Notes under the pieces: generated by a model
Seen by the model: the letters and a program-made list of their open reading frames with translations, nothing else
What the model was told of the DNA's origin: nothing
Database searches by the model: none
Program-made: the position numbers and the translations under genes
DNA from: Mayamaea pseudoterrestris
Lineage: Eukaryota
Direction of reading: 5' to 3'
DNA: 64,000 nt
Assembly: GCA_027923505.1 (NCBI GenBank)
Contig: BROI01000023.1
Coordinates: 124,001-188,000 of the forward strand
Shown: positions 48,951-61,469 of the stretch, piece by piece
How positions within the stretch are numbered: position 1 is the stretch's first letter
Layout of the letters: the number at the start of each line of letters is the position of its first letter

Positions 48951-51900
48951 CACCTCAGGTGGCAAGTCCAGCTGCCTGAATGGCCCACAGACCCTGGAAT
49001 ACAACAAACATGCAATTTAACAGTGAATGGGACTGATAGTCTTGTCATTTTGGGTGTGGAACCCATCACCATGCCAGGAGACTCCGCACATTCAACAAAT
49101 GATTGAATGTGCCAGCAGGGTCCCCTTTTTGGATACAGGGATTATCAGCATTGCGTGTGGAGCCCTCCAAACCCTTTCAATTCATGTTTGTTGACATGAT
49201 GGGCTAGGAATGTGGTTACATGCACCTCAGTATCCATCACCATGGATGTTATCAGTGATACTTGGCAGATCCAACAACTTGTTGGATCTGCGAGCCATGC
49301 ACCTCAAGTGGCATGTCCAGCTGCCTGAATGGCCCACAGACACTGGAATACAACAAACATGCAATTCAACATTGAATGGGACTGATAGTCCTGTCATTTT
49401 GGGTGCGGAACCCATCACCATGCCAGGAGACTCCACAATATTAACAAATGGTTGAATGTGCCAGCAGTGCCCCCTTTTTGGCTACAGGGATCATCAGCAT
49501 TGCCTGCGGAGCCCACCAATCCCTTTCAATGCATGTTTGTTGACATGATGGGTTAGGAATGTGGTTACATGCACCTCAGTATCCATCACCATGGATGCTA
49601 TTGGTGATACTTGGCAGATCCAACAACTTGTTGGATCTGCAAGCCATGCACCTCAGGTGGCAAGTCCAGCTGCCTGAATGGCTCATAGACTCTAGAATAC
49701 AACAAACATGCAATTCATCATTGAATGGGACTGATAGTCTTGTCATTTTGGGTGTGGACCCCATCACCATGCCAGGAGACTCCGCACATTCAACAAATGG
49801 TTGAATGTGCCAGCAGTGCCACCTTTTCGGCTACAGGGATCATCAGCATTGCGTGCCAAGCCCTCCAATCCCTTTCAATTCATGTTTGTTGACATGATGG
49901 GCTAGGAATGTAATTACATGCACCTCAGTATCCATCACCATGGATGCTACTAGTGATACTTGGCAGATCCAACAACTTGTTGGATCTGCAAGCCATGCAC
50001 CTCAGGTGGCAAGTCCAGCTGCCTGAATGGCCCACAGACCCTGGAATACTACAAACATGCAATTTAACATTGAATGGGATTGATAGTCTTGTCAATTTTG
50101 GGTGTGGAACCCATCACCATGCCAGAAGACTCTGCACATTCAACAAATGGTTGAATGTGCCAGCAGGGTCCCCTTTTTGGCTACAGGGACCATCAGCATT
50201 GCGTGCCGAGCCCTCCAATCCCTTTCAATTCATGTTTGATGACATGATGGGATAGGAATGTGGTAACATGCACCTCAGTATCCATCACCATGGATGCTAT
50301 TGGTGATACTTGGCAGATCCAACAACTTGTTGGATCTGCGAGCCATGCACCTCAAGTGGCAAGTCCAGCTGCCTGAATGGCCCACAGACCCTGGAATACA
50401 ACTAACATGCAATTCAATATTGAATGGGACTGATAGTCTTGTCATTTGGGTGTGGAACCCATCACCATGTCAGGAGACTCCGCACATTCAACAAATGGTT
50501 AAATGTGCCAGCAGTGCCCCCTTTTTGGCTACAGGGATCATCAGCATTGCATGCTGAGCCCTCCAATCCCCTTTTATTCATGTTTGTTGACAGGATGGGC
50601 TAGGAATGTGGTTGCATGCACCTCAGTACCCATCACCATGGATCTTGTTGGATCTGTGAGCCATGCACCTCAGCACCCCAGGTGGCAAGTCCAGCTGCCT
50701 GAATGGCCCACAGACCCTGGAATACAGCAAACATGCAATTTAACATTGAATGGGACTGATAGTCTTGTCAATTTGGGTGTGGAACCCATCACCATGCCAG
50801 GAGACTCCAAACATTCAACAAATGGTTGAATGTGCCAGCAGTGCCCCTTTTTTGGATACAGGGATCATCAGCATTGCCCCCTTTTTGGCTACAGGGATAT
50901 CAGCATTGCGTGCCAAGCCCTCCAATCCCTTTCAATTCAATTTTGTTGACATGATGGGCTAGGAATGTAGTTACATGCACCTCAGTATCCATCACCATGG
51001 ATGCTATTGGTGATACTTGGCAGATCCAACAACTTGTTGGATCTGCAAGCCATGAACCTCAGGTGGCAAGTCCAGCTGCCGGAATGGCCCACAGACCCTG
51101 GAATACAACAAACATGCAATTCAACATTGAATAGGACTGATAGTCTTGTCATTTTGGGTCTGGAACCCATCACCATGCCAGGAGACTCCGCACATTCAAC
51201 AAATGGTTGAATGTGCCAGCAGTGCCCCCTTTGTGGCTACAGGGATCATCAGCATTGCGTGCCGAGCCCTCCAATCCCTTTCAATTCATGTTTGTTGACA
51301 TGATGGGCTAGGAATGTGGTTACGTGCACCTCAGTATCCATCACCATGGATGCTATTGGTGACACTTGGCAGATCCAACAACTTGTTGGATCTGCGAGCC
51401 ATGCACCTCAGGTGGCAAGTCCAGCTGCCTGAATGGCCCACAGACCCTGGAATACAACAAACATGCAATTCAACAATGAATGGGGCTGATAGTCTTGTCA
51501 TGTTGGGTGTGGAACCCATCACCATGCCAGGAGACACCGCACAATCAACAAATGGTTGAATGTGCCAGCAGGGTCCCCTTTTTGGCTACAGGGATCATCA
51601 GCAATGCGTGCCGAGCCCTCCAATCCCTTTCAATTAATGTTTGTTGACATGATGGGCTAGGAATGTGGTTACATGCACCTCAGTATTCATCACCATGGAT
51701 GCTATTAGTGATACTTGGCAGATCCAACAACTTGTTGGATCTTCAAGCCATGCACCTCAGGTGGCAAGTCCAGCTGCCTGAATGGCCCACAGACCCTGGA
51801 ATACTACAAACATGCAATTTAACATTGAATGGGACTGATAGTCTTGTCATTTTGGGTGTGGAACCCATCTCCATGCCAGGAGACTCCGCACATTTAACAA

Positions 51901-53048
51901 ATGGTTGAATGTGCCAGCAGGTTCCCCTTTTTTGCTACAGGAATCATCAGCATTGCGTGCCGAGCCCTCCAATCCCTTTCAATTCATGTTTGTTGACATG
52001 ATGATCTAGGAATGTGGTTACATGCACCTCAGTATCCATCACCATGGATGCTATTGGTGATACTTGGCAGATCCAACAACTTGTTGGATCTGCAAGCCAT
52101 GCACCTCAAGTGGCAAGTCCAGCTGCCTGAATGGCCCACAGACCCTGGAATACAAGAAAGATGCAATTCAACATTGATTGTGACTGATAGTCTTGTCATT
52201 TTGGGTGTGGAACCCATCACCATGCTAGGAGACTCCGCACATTCAACAAATGGTTATATGTGCCAACAGGGTCCCCTTTTTGGCTACAGGGATCATCAGC
52301 ATTGCATGCCAAGCCCTCCAATCCCTTTCAATTCATGTTTGTTAACATGATGGGCTAGGAATGTGGTTACATGCACCTCAGTATCCATCACCATGGATGC
52401 TATTGGTGATACTTGGCAGATCCAACAACTTGTTGGATCTGCCAGCCATGCACCTCAAGTGGCATGTCCAGCTGCCTGAATGGTCCACAGACCCTGGAAT
52501 ACAACTAACATGCAATTCAATATTGAATGGGACTGATAGTCTTGTCATTTGGGTGTGGAACCCATCACCATGCCAGGAGACTCAGCACATTCAACAAATG
52601 GTTGAATGTGCCAGCAGTGCCCCTTTTTGGCTACAGGGATCATCACCATTGCGTGCCGAGCCCTCCAATCCCTTTCAATTCATGTTTGTTGACATGATGG
52701 GCTAGGAATGGGGTTGCATGCACCTCAGTATCCATCACCATGGATCTTGTTGGATCTGTGAGCCATGCACCTCAGCACCTCAGGTGGCAAGTCCAGCTGC
52801 CTGAATGGCCCACAGACCCTGGAATACAACAAACATGCAATTTAACATTGAATGGGACTGATAGTCTTGTCATTTTGGGTGTGGAACCCATCACCATGCC
52901 AGGAGACTCTGCACATTCAACAAATGGTTGAATGTGCCAGCAGTGCCCCCTTTTTGGCTACAGGGATCATCAGCATTGCCTGCGGAGCCCACCAATCCCT
53001 TTCAATTCATGTTTGTTGACATGATGGGCTAGGAATGTGGTTACATGC
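48951..53048. repeat. Satellite B block 2, about 12 monomers
   Basis: Same unit, resuming exactly at the TSD. Confidence 0.98.
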
Positions 53049-56000
53049 TGTCACAATGATGATCTAGTCCAGTCGCTTGACTGAACCTAGACGTCGCCGG
53101 GGGCGCACGAGCTTAGTACTCGAACCTCCATTGCGGTACCAGAAAAGACATCTACTCACAACTACGTCATTGAAAAATTGCATGTGTGCCAGCTGCAGGC
53201 ACGATTAAACAAGATTAGTATTCACTATTGTGAATGGTCTTGAAAGAGCCATCTGATCAAGCGCTCTTTCTTGACCGAACGTAACTCATCTCACTTTCTA
53301 GAGAACTGCTTAATCAACTAACGTTTTGTAGGATAAGACCCCTGTAGGATAACCAAAGTAAAGGACTGATCATCCCACTCACTTGGCAACCGACTACAGA
53401 GGGTGAGGAATCGTTGCAGCCGTACGAACTGGAACTGCATCGTGTCAGATCACACAGTCTTGGTCTTTACAATCAACTCTCTCGGGCGCTGGTGACGACC
53501 ACTCCCGTCGTTTCGTTGCACACTACATTGGCAGTGGACATCCCTCGTTCATTTCCTGTCCGAGGCTTCAATTTACACTAGTCCGGCAGACAAAGGGATT
53601 GAAGACCGAGTCGAGTTGCAAGCATCGCTCGGATAGAATCAACTTCCTTGATTATTCTTGCGGTATATATTTATCCCGTACCAATCAACCAACAACATGA
53701 CCGTCGTCGAAGAAGATCCTCCCGGTGGACCCAATGTCATGCAAGATGACGCGGAAGACAACTCACTCGCTGTCGGATTGAAAAGCATTTACAAGCTGAA
53801 GACCGTCAACAACGACAAGTTCATGAAACTTCCAGTCATCGTCACCATCAAGTCACTTCTCCCAGAAGGACGCCTACTCACGGAGCCATTCCTAATGCTG
53901 ACCGTCAAGGACATTGAGTTGGTACTGAAGGAATCCAAACGCACATCACGGTTATTCAAACCATCACCCGCCTTCATCAATGGGCATCGGAAGAGTGTGA
54001 ACTCAAGGAATGGGTGACGCTCATGTTCGCTGCACTCATTCGTGTGACTGAATCGGCCAAAGAGACCCTATTCCAAAGCGACTTGAGTCGGATTCAACGA
54101 GTCGGCTCATCGGACGTTCAAGAGAAGTCCGAGGCGGAGAAGTGCAAAGCTCGCGTCCGAGTCGACACCAAAGCATACACCAAGTTCATAAACGAGTACA
54201 AATTCCATCAATGGTGGCTCAAGACGTTCGCAATGGCCAAGAACCAAGGCATCGAGCGAGTCTTCGATCTGGACTTCAAACCGGCAACGCTTTCGCCCAA
54301 AGATCTCGAGGTATTCAAAGCGCAAGAAGCCACAGCATTCAACATCATCACGTCATACTGCAAAGTTGCCAACTGCATCCCGATCATTCGTTGCCACAAG
54401 GACAGGTCGGCCCACGAGTGCTTCAAGGAAATGCACAAGATGTACTTGACGGGCAAGAACACCGAGCGCGCAGCGCAGCGAGCCGAGTCGAGAGTTCGTG
54501 ACATGAAACTGACGAACGACCACGGCAGCACGTACACTGCATGGTTCACTCAATGGCAGAATGCCTTGCTCAATTACGAAGATTACACCGGCGAAACAGT
54601 CCCCGATGCGACGCGCAAGAAGTGGTTGTCCGAGTTGGTTCACTGGAACGACGCCTTTCGCCAAGAAATCAGTTCGGCGAGTCGTATCCTCAACGCGCAA
54701 GGTCAAGACCAAAGCTTCAACAACTGGTACAAGCAGCTCATCGAGTTCGCTCGCAATACCGATGACATCAAGTCGGCGCGCAAACGCCAAATGAAGATCC
54801 ACCAATCCATCCAACAAGCAAGTACTCCACCGACTGGAGGCACTCCACCAACTAGCGGCAATACTCCAAGTAGCGGCCAAGGCGGAAACGGTCATGGAAA
54901 TGGCAGTGGATGCGGAACCGGTCGTGGTTCTGGACGCGGTGGTGGACGCGGTGGCCGAGGTAACTTCGGACGAGGTGGTGGATGCGGACAGTGCACCAAT
55001 TTCTCTGGGGCATCGAACCGTTGAGTCGAGCCGGATGTATGGTTCTCTTGGATGGAGGAGCAGCGTGAAGCTCACAAGGCAGAAACTCACCAAATCCGAG
55101 AAGCGGAATGTGCGCGCCTGCAGCTGAACGCAAACCAAGCCAACATGAACAACACTAATACACCACCAACTCCACAGATTGAACTTCCACCAACGAATAC
55201 GATGGTGATGTCAACCATGTCAGCGATTAATCAGCCTACAGTCGGAACTACACCAGCACGTGGAACCGCCATGCTCGCATTTCAGTCTCAGCAACAAGGT
55301 TCAATCGCTCAAGGAAGCCAGCCATCTACTCCACCAGTGTATCAAGCACGAGTCGGCAACGTTACATACAACATGTATCGTGCCAATGCAACCAACGTCA
55401 TGCATCGTTCTACAAACCATGTCGCTACACATAACGTCTCGTACGCAGATGCGCTTATGGGTATGAATACTCCGGCAACTGAAGGACCACACGCATCACA
55501 GTTCCATGTTACTCGTGCAATCACGTCTCAAAGCCCATCCATGATGGATCGCGGTGCCAATGATTCGATTGCTGGTAAGGACATGATTTGCTTGGATCAA
55601 TTGATGACTCAGTTTGCCAACATTACCGTAATCGACAATCACATGATGCAAGGACTACCCATCGGAACATTCGCCGCCAAGATCTGGATGACGGAAGGGT
55701 ACGTCATTGGCATTTTCTACCAGTACGCCGACGGAGGAACCGACGCGGCCATCCATTCGGTCGTTCAGCTCGAGGACTTCGGAAACAAGGTATTCGACAA
55801 GGCAAGCGCACTTGGCGGACGGCAGCTCATGATTACACCCAAAGGAGCATTGATTCCATTCACGGTCCAGAACGGTTTGGTCCATTTGAAGATGCATCAT
55901 TTCACCAACGCCGAGTTTGACACGTTGCCACACGTCGTCATGACAGCGACACGCCTTGGGATCCGTCAAAGTACGATGGAGACCTTAATGACGATTCGAT

Positions 56001-59000
56001 CCAAATGGAAATTGAAGCCGCGACGGACGATCATGAAACACCAACACTACTAGTCAACAACACCCAAGTCAACGGAAATGCGCAAGATGAATATCCCGAA
56101 GACCTTTCAGTCAAAACACTCAACGTCGTCTCATGGAACGGACTCAAAACCCACGAGTGGGAGCACTTTAGCAACGAGTTGGACCCTATGCAGGTCAAAA
56201 CCGAGGCTCCATCCGAGCGCATTGCCGACATTGTACCCAACGACGCTTCTTACAATACAAATCCACAACAGGATGACATTTCACTACCCTCACTACTCTC
56301 ACGTGGAACCATATCGACATCCAGATCAAGCCATGCTCAGAACCCCAACGACGCAACGTTCGAATACGACAACACTGCCGGGGAAATGTACGATCCGTAC
56401 GAGCTGCTGATCAATGCCGCAATAGTAGAAGCTGGAGGCAATCCATTTTCTGGACTAGCCGGCCGACCGGCATGCACTGTGGTTCCTACGCGACCAGATT
56501 ACCAAATGCTTCGTCCCAACTTTGGATTTCTACCCACTGATTGTATCAAGGAGACTCTCAAGAACACTACTCAATTCTACCGCGCTGAGCAACGTTTCCC
56601 TCAGCGACGCCATTTGCGTACTCATTTCCCGGGTGCAAATGTTCGTGGACTACCTGAAGAAGTTGCCATGGACACACAATTCTCCGACACACCCGCACTC
56701 AACGATGGTATTCCTGGACATGCCGGATGCCAAGCAGCGCAACTCTACGTCTGTATGCAGAGCAGATTGGTTTGCGTCTTGAACAAGGGGCAAGTTCTGT
56801 TGACGCTCATGCAGTTTATCAATGATTGCGGTGTTCCACTTGGTCTGATCTCAGATGGAGCCAAGGAAGAAAACAGCCTAGCGATTCGAGAAATCAAATG
56901 CCAGTTTATGATCCGTAAGCACTGGGTCAGCAAACTCAAAATCACAAGCTCAAAACCATGGACGCAGCCAACCATCACAACATCAAGTTCCTACTCAAAA
57001 TCAGCAAAAAGAAGCTGAAGAAGTCATAGACTACATCCGACTCTGCGAATTGTATCTGAAGGACCAAGCAGCGATGGTAAACGTTCCTGAACACCACTGG
57101 ACGATTAAAGCAATCCTGTCGCACAAAGGACCACTCACAAAGCAATCCGCCGGATGGAAAGGCTCCATGTACAACATCAAAGTCGTGTGGGAAGACAATT
57201 CAACGACTTGGGAGCCATTGAATGCTTTAGCACGCGATGACATCATTTCCTGCGCTCGCTACGCCAAGGCAAACAGACTACTCAACAAGAAAGGCTGGAA
57301 GTTCCTACGTGACGCAGCCCGACGCGCACGTATCGCTCGTCGAACCGTAAACCAAGCCAAGCAACAACGCAGCATTTGACACAAGTTCAGCGTCAAGGTA
57401 CCACATGATCCAAAGGAAGCTCAAAAGTTCCAAGAAGAACTCCGGCATACCAAATGGACCGACGCGGAGAAGGTAGAAGGTAGAGCTGTAAAGCCTGTTC
57501 GAATACACCTTCATTGATCTCGGATTGAATGCCACCCTCCCGAAGGCTATCAAAAGATTCGCACTATCTGGGTCTATGACTGCAAGCAAGACTTTCGTCA
57601 CAAGGCTCGGATGGTTGCTGGTGGACACCGTACAGATCCTGTCAAGGACTCATACTCGAGCATCATCTCACTTGAATCACTGCGCCTAGCCCTGGCAATA
57701 GGGGAGTTGAATGGACTCACTCCCATGGTAGGCAACATCGGAATTGCTTACCTCAAAGCCAAAACCAAAGAAAAGATTTACTTCATCACTGGGCCTGAGT
57801 TTGGCGACTTGGAAGGCCACACACTCATCATCTACAAAGCACTTTACGGCCTACGCACAAGCGGAGCACGATTCCATGAGCGGCTCGCAGACGCGCTACG
57901 AGCGGAAGGCTTCAAAGCCTCGTACGCCGATCCAGACATTTGGATTCGTGATGCTGGCCATTGTTACAAATACATTTGCACTTGTGTTGATGGCCTTATG
58001 GCAATCATGATTAACCCGGGCGCATTCTACGACATTCTTTGCAACAAGTACAAGTTCAAGCTCAAGGGCGTTGGGTGCCCAGAGTACCATCTAGGCGGCG
58101 ACTTCGGACGTGACCCTGACAGAATATTATTCTGGGGCGCCAAGACCTACATCACCAAGCTTCTAGCCAACTACGAGCGTACATTCAACGGACCACCACC
58201 AAAGTACAGCTCTCCACTTGACTCTCACCACCACCCGGAACTTGACCAGACATCCCTTTTAGGGGAGTCGGACATCAAGATCTACCAATCGTTTGTCGGA
58301 GCCCTTCAGTGGGTGATCACCCTTGGCCAATTTGACATCTGCAGTGCCACCGCCTGCCTGTCACGCTTCCGTGGACAGCCTCGCATTGGACACCTCGACT
58401 GAGTCAAGCATGTATGCAGCTACCTCCGCAAGTTTCCTGAGGCAGCCATCCGCTTTCGCACCCAGTGGCCGCAGAATGAAATCATCTTCAGTGACTCACC
58501 AACCTATGACTGGCAACAAACCGTCTACGACAACCCCAAGGAAGAGGTCCTTTCACTCTGGCCCAAACCAAAAGGGCAAGACAGTTCGCCTTACTACCCT
58601 CAAAGATGCCAACCTGATGCATTGCAAAGTCACCGGCAAAGCATGCACTGGAATCCTTCACTTCATTCAGCAGACTCCGTTCAAGTGGTTTGCCAAACTT
58701 CAAGATACCATCAAACATGCGACCTTCGGCTCTGAACTCATGAGCGGGCGCGTTGCAACCGACCATATCCTAGGCATACGCACGTCACTCATGGCAATGG
58801 GTGTTCCCATTGAGTCCTCTTCATGGCTACTCGGTGATTACCAATCAGTCATCACGCAGTGTACAGTGCCTACATCCACACTCACCAAGCGCCACAATGT
58901 ACTCGCATACCATTGTATCCGTTGGTGCGTAGCAGCCGGAATTATCAAGTTTGTCAAGATTGCCGGCAAGGAAAACGCTTCCGATGCACTTACCAAGTAC

Positions 59001-59567
59001 CTACCCTACATCGACGCATGGCCCCTACTCAAACCATTACTGTTCTGGTGTGGCAAAACCTTGGATCCTGGAGAACTCGAATTCTACCTTATGGACCCTC
59101 TCAAGGGGAGCCAACTCCAGGGGAGCTCATTGAGCTTACACCTGTCCTGGCACACCTACAAGGGGAGTGTCACAATAATGATCTAGTCCAGTCGCTTGAC
59201 GCGAACCTAGACGTCACCGGGGGCGCACGAGCTTAGTACTCGAACCTCCATTGCGGTACCAGAAAAGACATCTACTCACAACTACGTCATTGAAAAATTG
59301 CATGTGTGCCAGCCGCAGGCACGATTAAACAAGATTAGTATTCACTATCGTGAATGGTTTTGAAAGAGCCATCTGATCAATCGCTCTTTCTTGACCAAAC
59401 GTAACTCATCTCACTTTCTAGAGAACTGCTTAATCAACTAGCATTTTGTAGGATAAGACCCCTGTAGGATAAACCAAGGTAAAGGACTGATCATCCCGGT
59501 CACTTGGAAACCACTAAAGAGGGTGAGGAATCGTTGCAGCTGTACGAACTGGAACTGCATCGTGTCA
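53049..59567 (+). mobile_element. Ty1/Copia (CoDi-like) LTR retrotransposon 2, near full-length but degenerate; LTRs 53049-53447 and 59168-59567; TSD CATGC
   Basis: TG..CA LTRs about 95% identical and PPT AAGGGGAG. The order is gag (53697-55024), protease-like DRGAN, integrase fragment (VAMDTQFSDTPA..ISDGAKEE), chromo-like domain, RT and RNase H, with stops and frameshifts. Confidence 0.96.
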
Positions 59568-60084
59568 CATGCACCTCAGTATCCATCACCATGGATGCTA
59601 TTGGTGATACTTGGCAGATCCATCAACTTGTTGGATCTGCAAGCCATGCACCTCAGGTGGCAAGTCCAGCTGCCTGAATGGCCCACAGACCCTGGAATAC
59701 AACAAACATGCAATTCAACATTGAATGGGACTGATAGTCTTGTCATTTTGGGTGTGGAACCCATCACCATGCCAGGAGACTCCGCACATTCAACAAATAG
59801 TTGAATGTGCCAGCAGTGCCCCCTTTTTGGCTACAGGGATCATAAGTATTGCGTGCCGAGACCTCCAATCCCTTTCAATTCATGTTTGTTGACATGATGG
59901 GCTAGGAATGTGGTTACATGCACCTCAGTATCCATCACCATGGATGCTATTGGTAATACTTGCCAGATCCAACAACTTGTTGGATCTGCAAGCCATGCAC
60001 CTCAGGTGGCAAGTCCAGCTGCCTGAATGGCCCACAGACACTGGAATACAACAAACATGCATTTTGACATTGATTGGGACTGAT
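59568..60084. repeat. Satellite B block 3, about 1.5 monomers
   Basis: Same unit. Confidence 0.95.
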
Positions 60085-60089
60085 CAAGC

Positions 60090-60522
60090 TGTGTTTTGCA
60101 GCTACATTCCTGCTGAAAATCCAAGCAGTAATTTGCTTCATCATTCCTGCCAGATTTCCAAGCGGCAATTTGCTTAATCATTCCAGCTGGAACTGCAAGC
60201 GGTGTTTTGTGGCTACATTCCTGCTGAAATTCCAAGCAGTAATTTGCTTCATCATTCCGCCAGAATTCCAAGCGGCAATTTATGTCCACATTCCTGCTGA
60301 AATTCCAAGCAGTAATTTGCTTCATCATTCCTGCCAGAATTCCAAGCGGCAATTTGCTTTCACATTCCAGCTGTAACTTCAAACAGTGTTTTGCGTCCAC
60401 AACAGGTAAGAATCTGTTTTGCGTCCACATTCCTGCTGAAATTCCAAGCAGTAATTTGCTTCATCATTCCTGCCAGAATTCCAAGCGGCAATTTGCTTTC
60501 ACATTCCAGCTGTAACTTCAAA
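60090..60522. repeat. Minisatellite C, 37-bp unit (CATTCCTGCTGAAATTCCAAGCAGTAATTTGCTTCAT) with a trimeric superstructure
   Basis: CATTCC at 60105, 60142, 60179, 60216, 60253, 60289, 60326, 60363 and onward. Confidence 0.92.
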
Positions 60523-61469
60523 CATGTTTTGCTTGAATCATTGGGTATTTGGGTGGCCAGGGCATGGGGCGTTTGACAGGAAAGAATCTGCAACTTGTGG
60601 TGTTGGACATACCCACAGTGGAGGCCGTACCCATGGTGTCAGCCTCCAGGCAGTCCTTTTTGCACCATTTGAGACTCTGCACCTGTCAATGGCATACCCG
60701 GAGCATGTTCTGCCTGACTCATTGGGTATTTGGGTGGCCAGGGCATGGGGCGTTTGACAGGGAAGAATCTGCAACTTGTGGTGTTGGCCACACCCACAGT
60801 GGAGGTCGTACCCATGGTGTCCAGCCTCCAGGCAGTCCTTTTTGCACCATTTGATACTCTGCACCTGTCAATGGCATACCCTGAGCATGTTTTGCCTGAC
60901 TCATTGGGTATTTTGGTGGCCAGGGCATGGGGTGTTTGACAGGGAAGAATCTGCAACTTGTGGTGTTGGCCAGCCGAACCCATGGTGTCCAGCCTCCAGG
61001 CAGTCCATTTTGCACCATTTAAGACTCTGCACCTGTCAATGGCATACCCTGGACATGTTTTGCCTGACTCATTGGGTATTTGGGTGACAAGGAATAATCT
61101 GCAACTTGTGGTGTTGGCCATACCCACAGTGGAGGCCGTACCCATGGTGTCAGCCTCCAGGCAGTCCTTTTTGCACTATTTGAGACTCTGCACCTGTCAA
61201 TGGCATACCCTGAGCATGTTCTGCCTGACTCATTGGGTATTTGGGTGGCCAGGGCATGGGGCGTTTGACAGGGAAGAATCTGCAACTTGTGGTGTTGGCC
61301 ACACCCACAGTGGAGGTGCCCAGCCTCCAGGCAGTCCTTTTTGCACCATTTGAGACTCTGCACCTGTCAATGGCATACCCTGGACTTGTTTTGCCTGACT
61401 CATTGGGTATTTTTGGGTGGCCAGGGCATGGGGCGTTTGACAGGGAAGAATCTGCAACTTGTGGTGTTG
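60523..61469. repeat. Satellite D, ~181-bp unit (some monomers with deletions), about 5.5 copies
   Basis: Unit starts at ~60523, 60704, 60886, 61054, 61215 and 61385. Confidence 0.95.
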
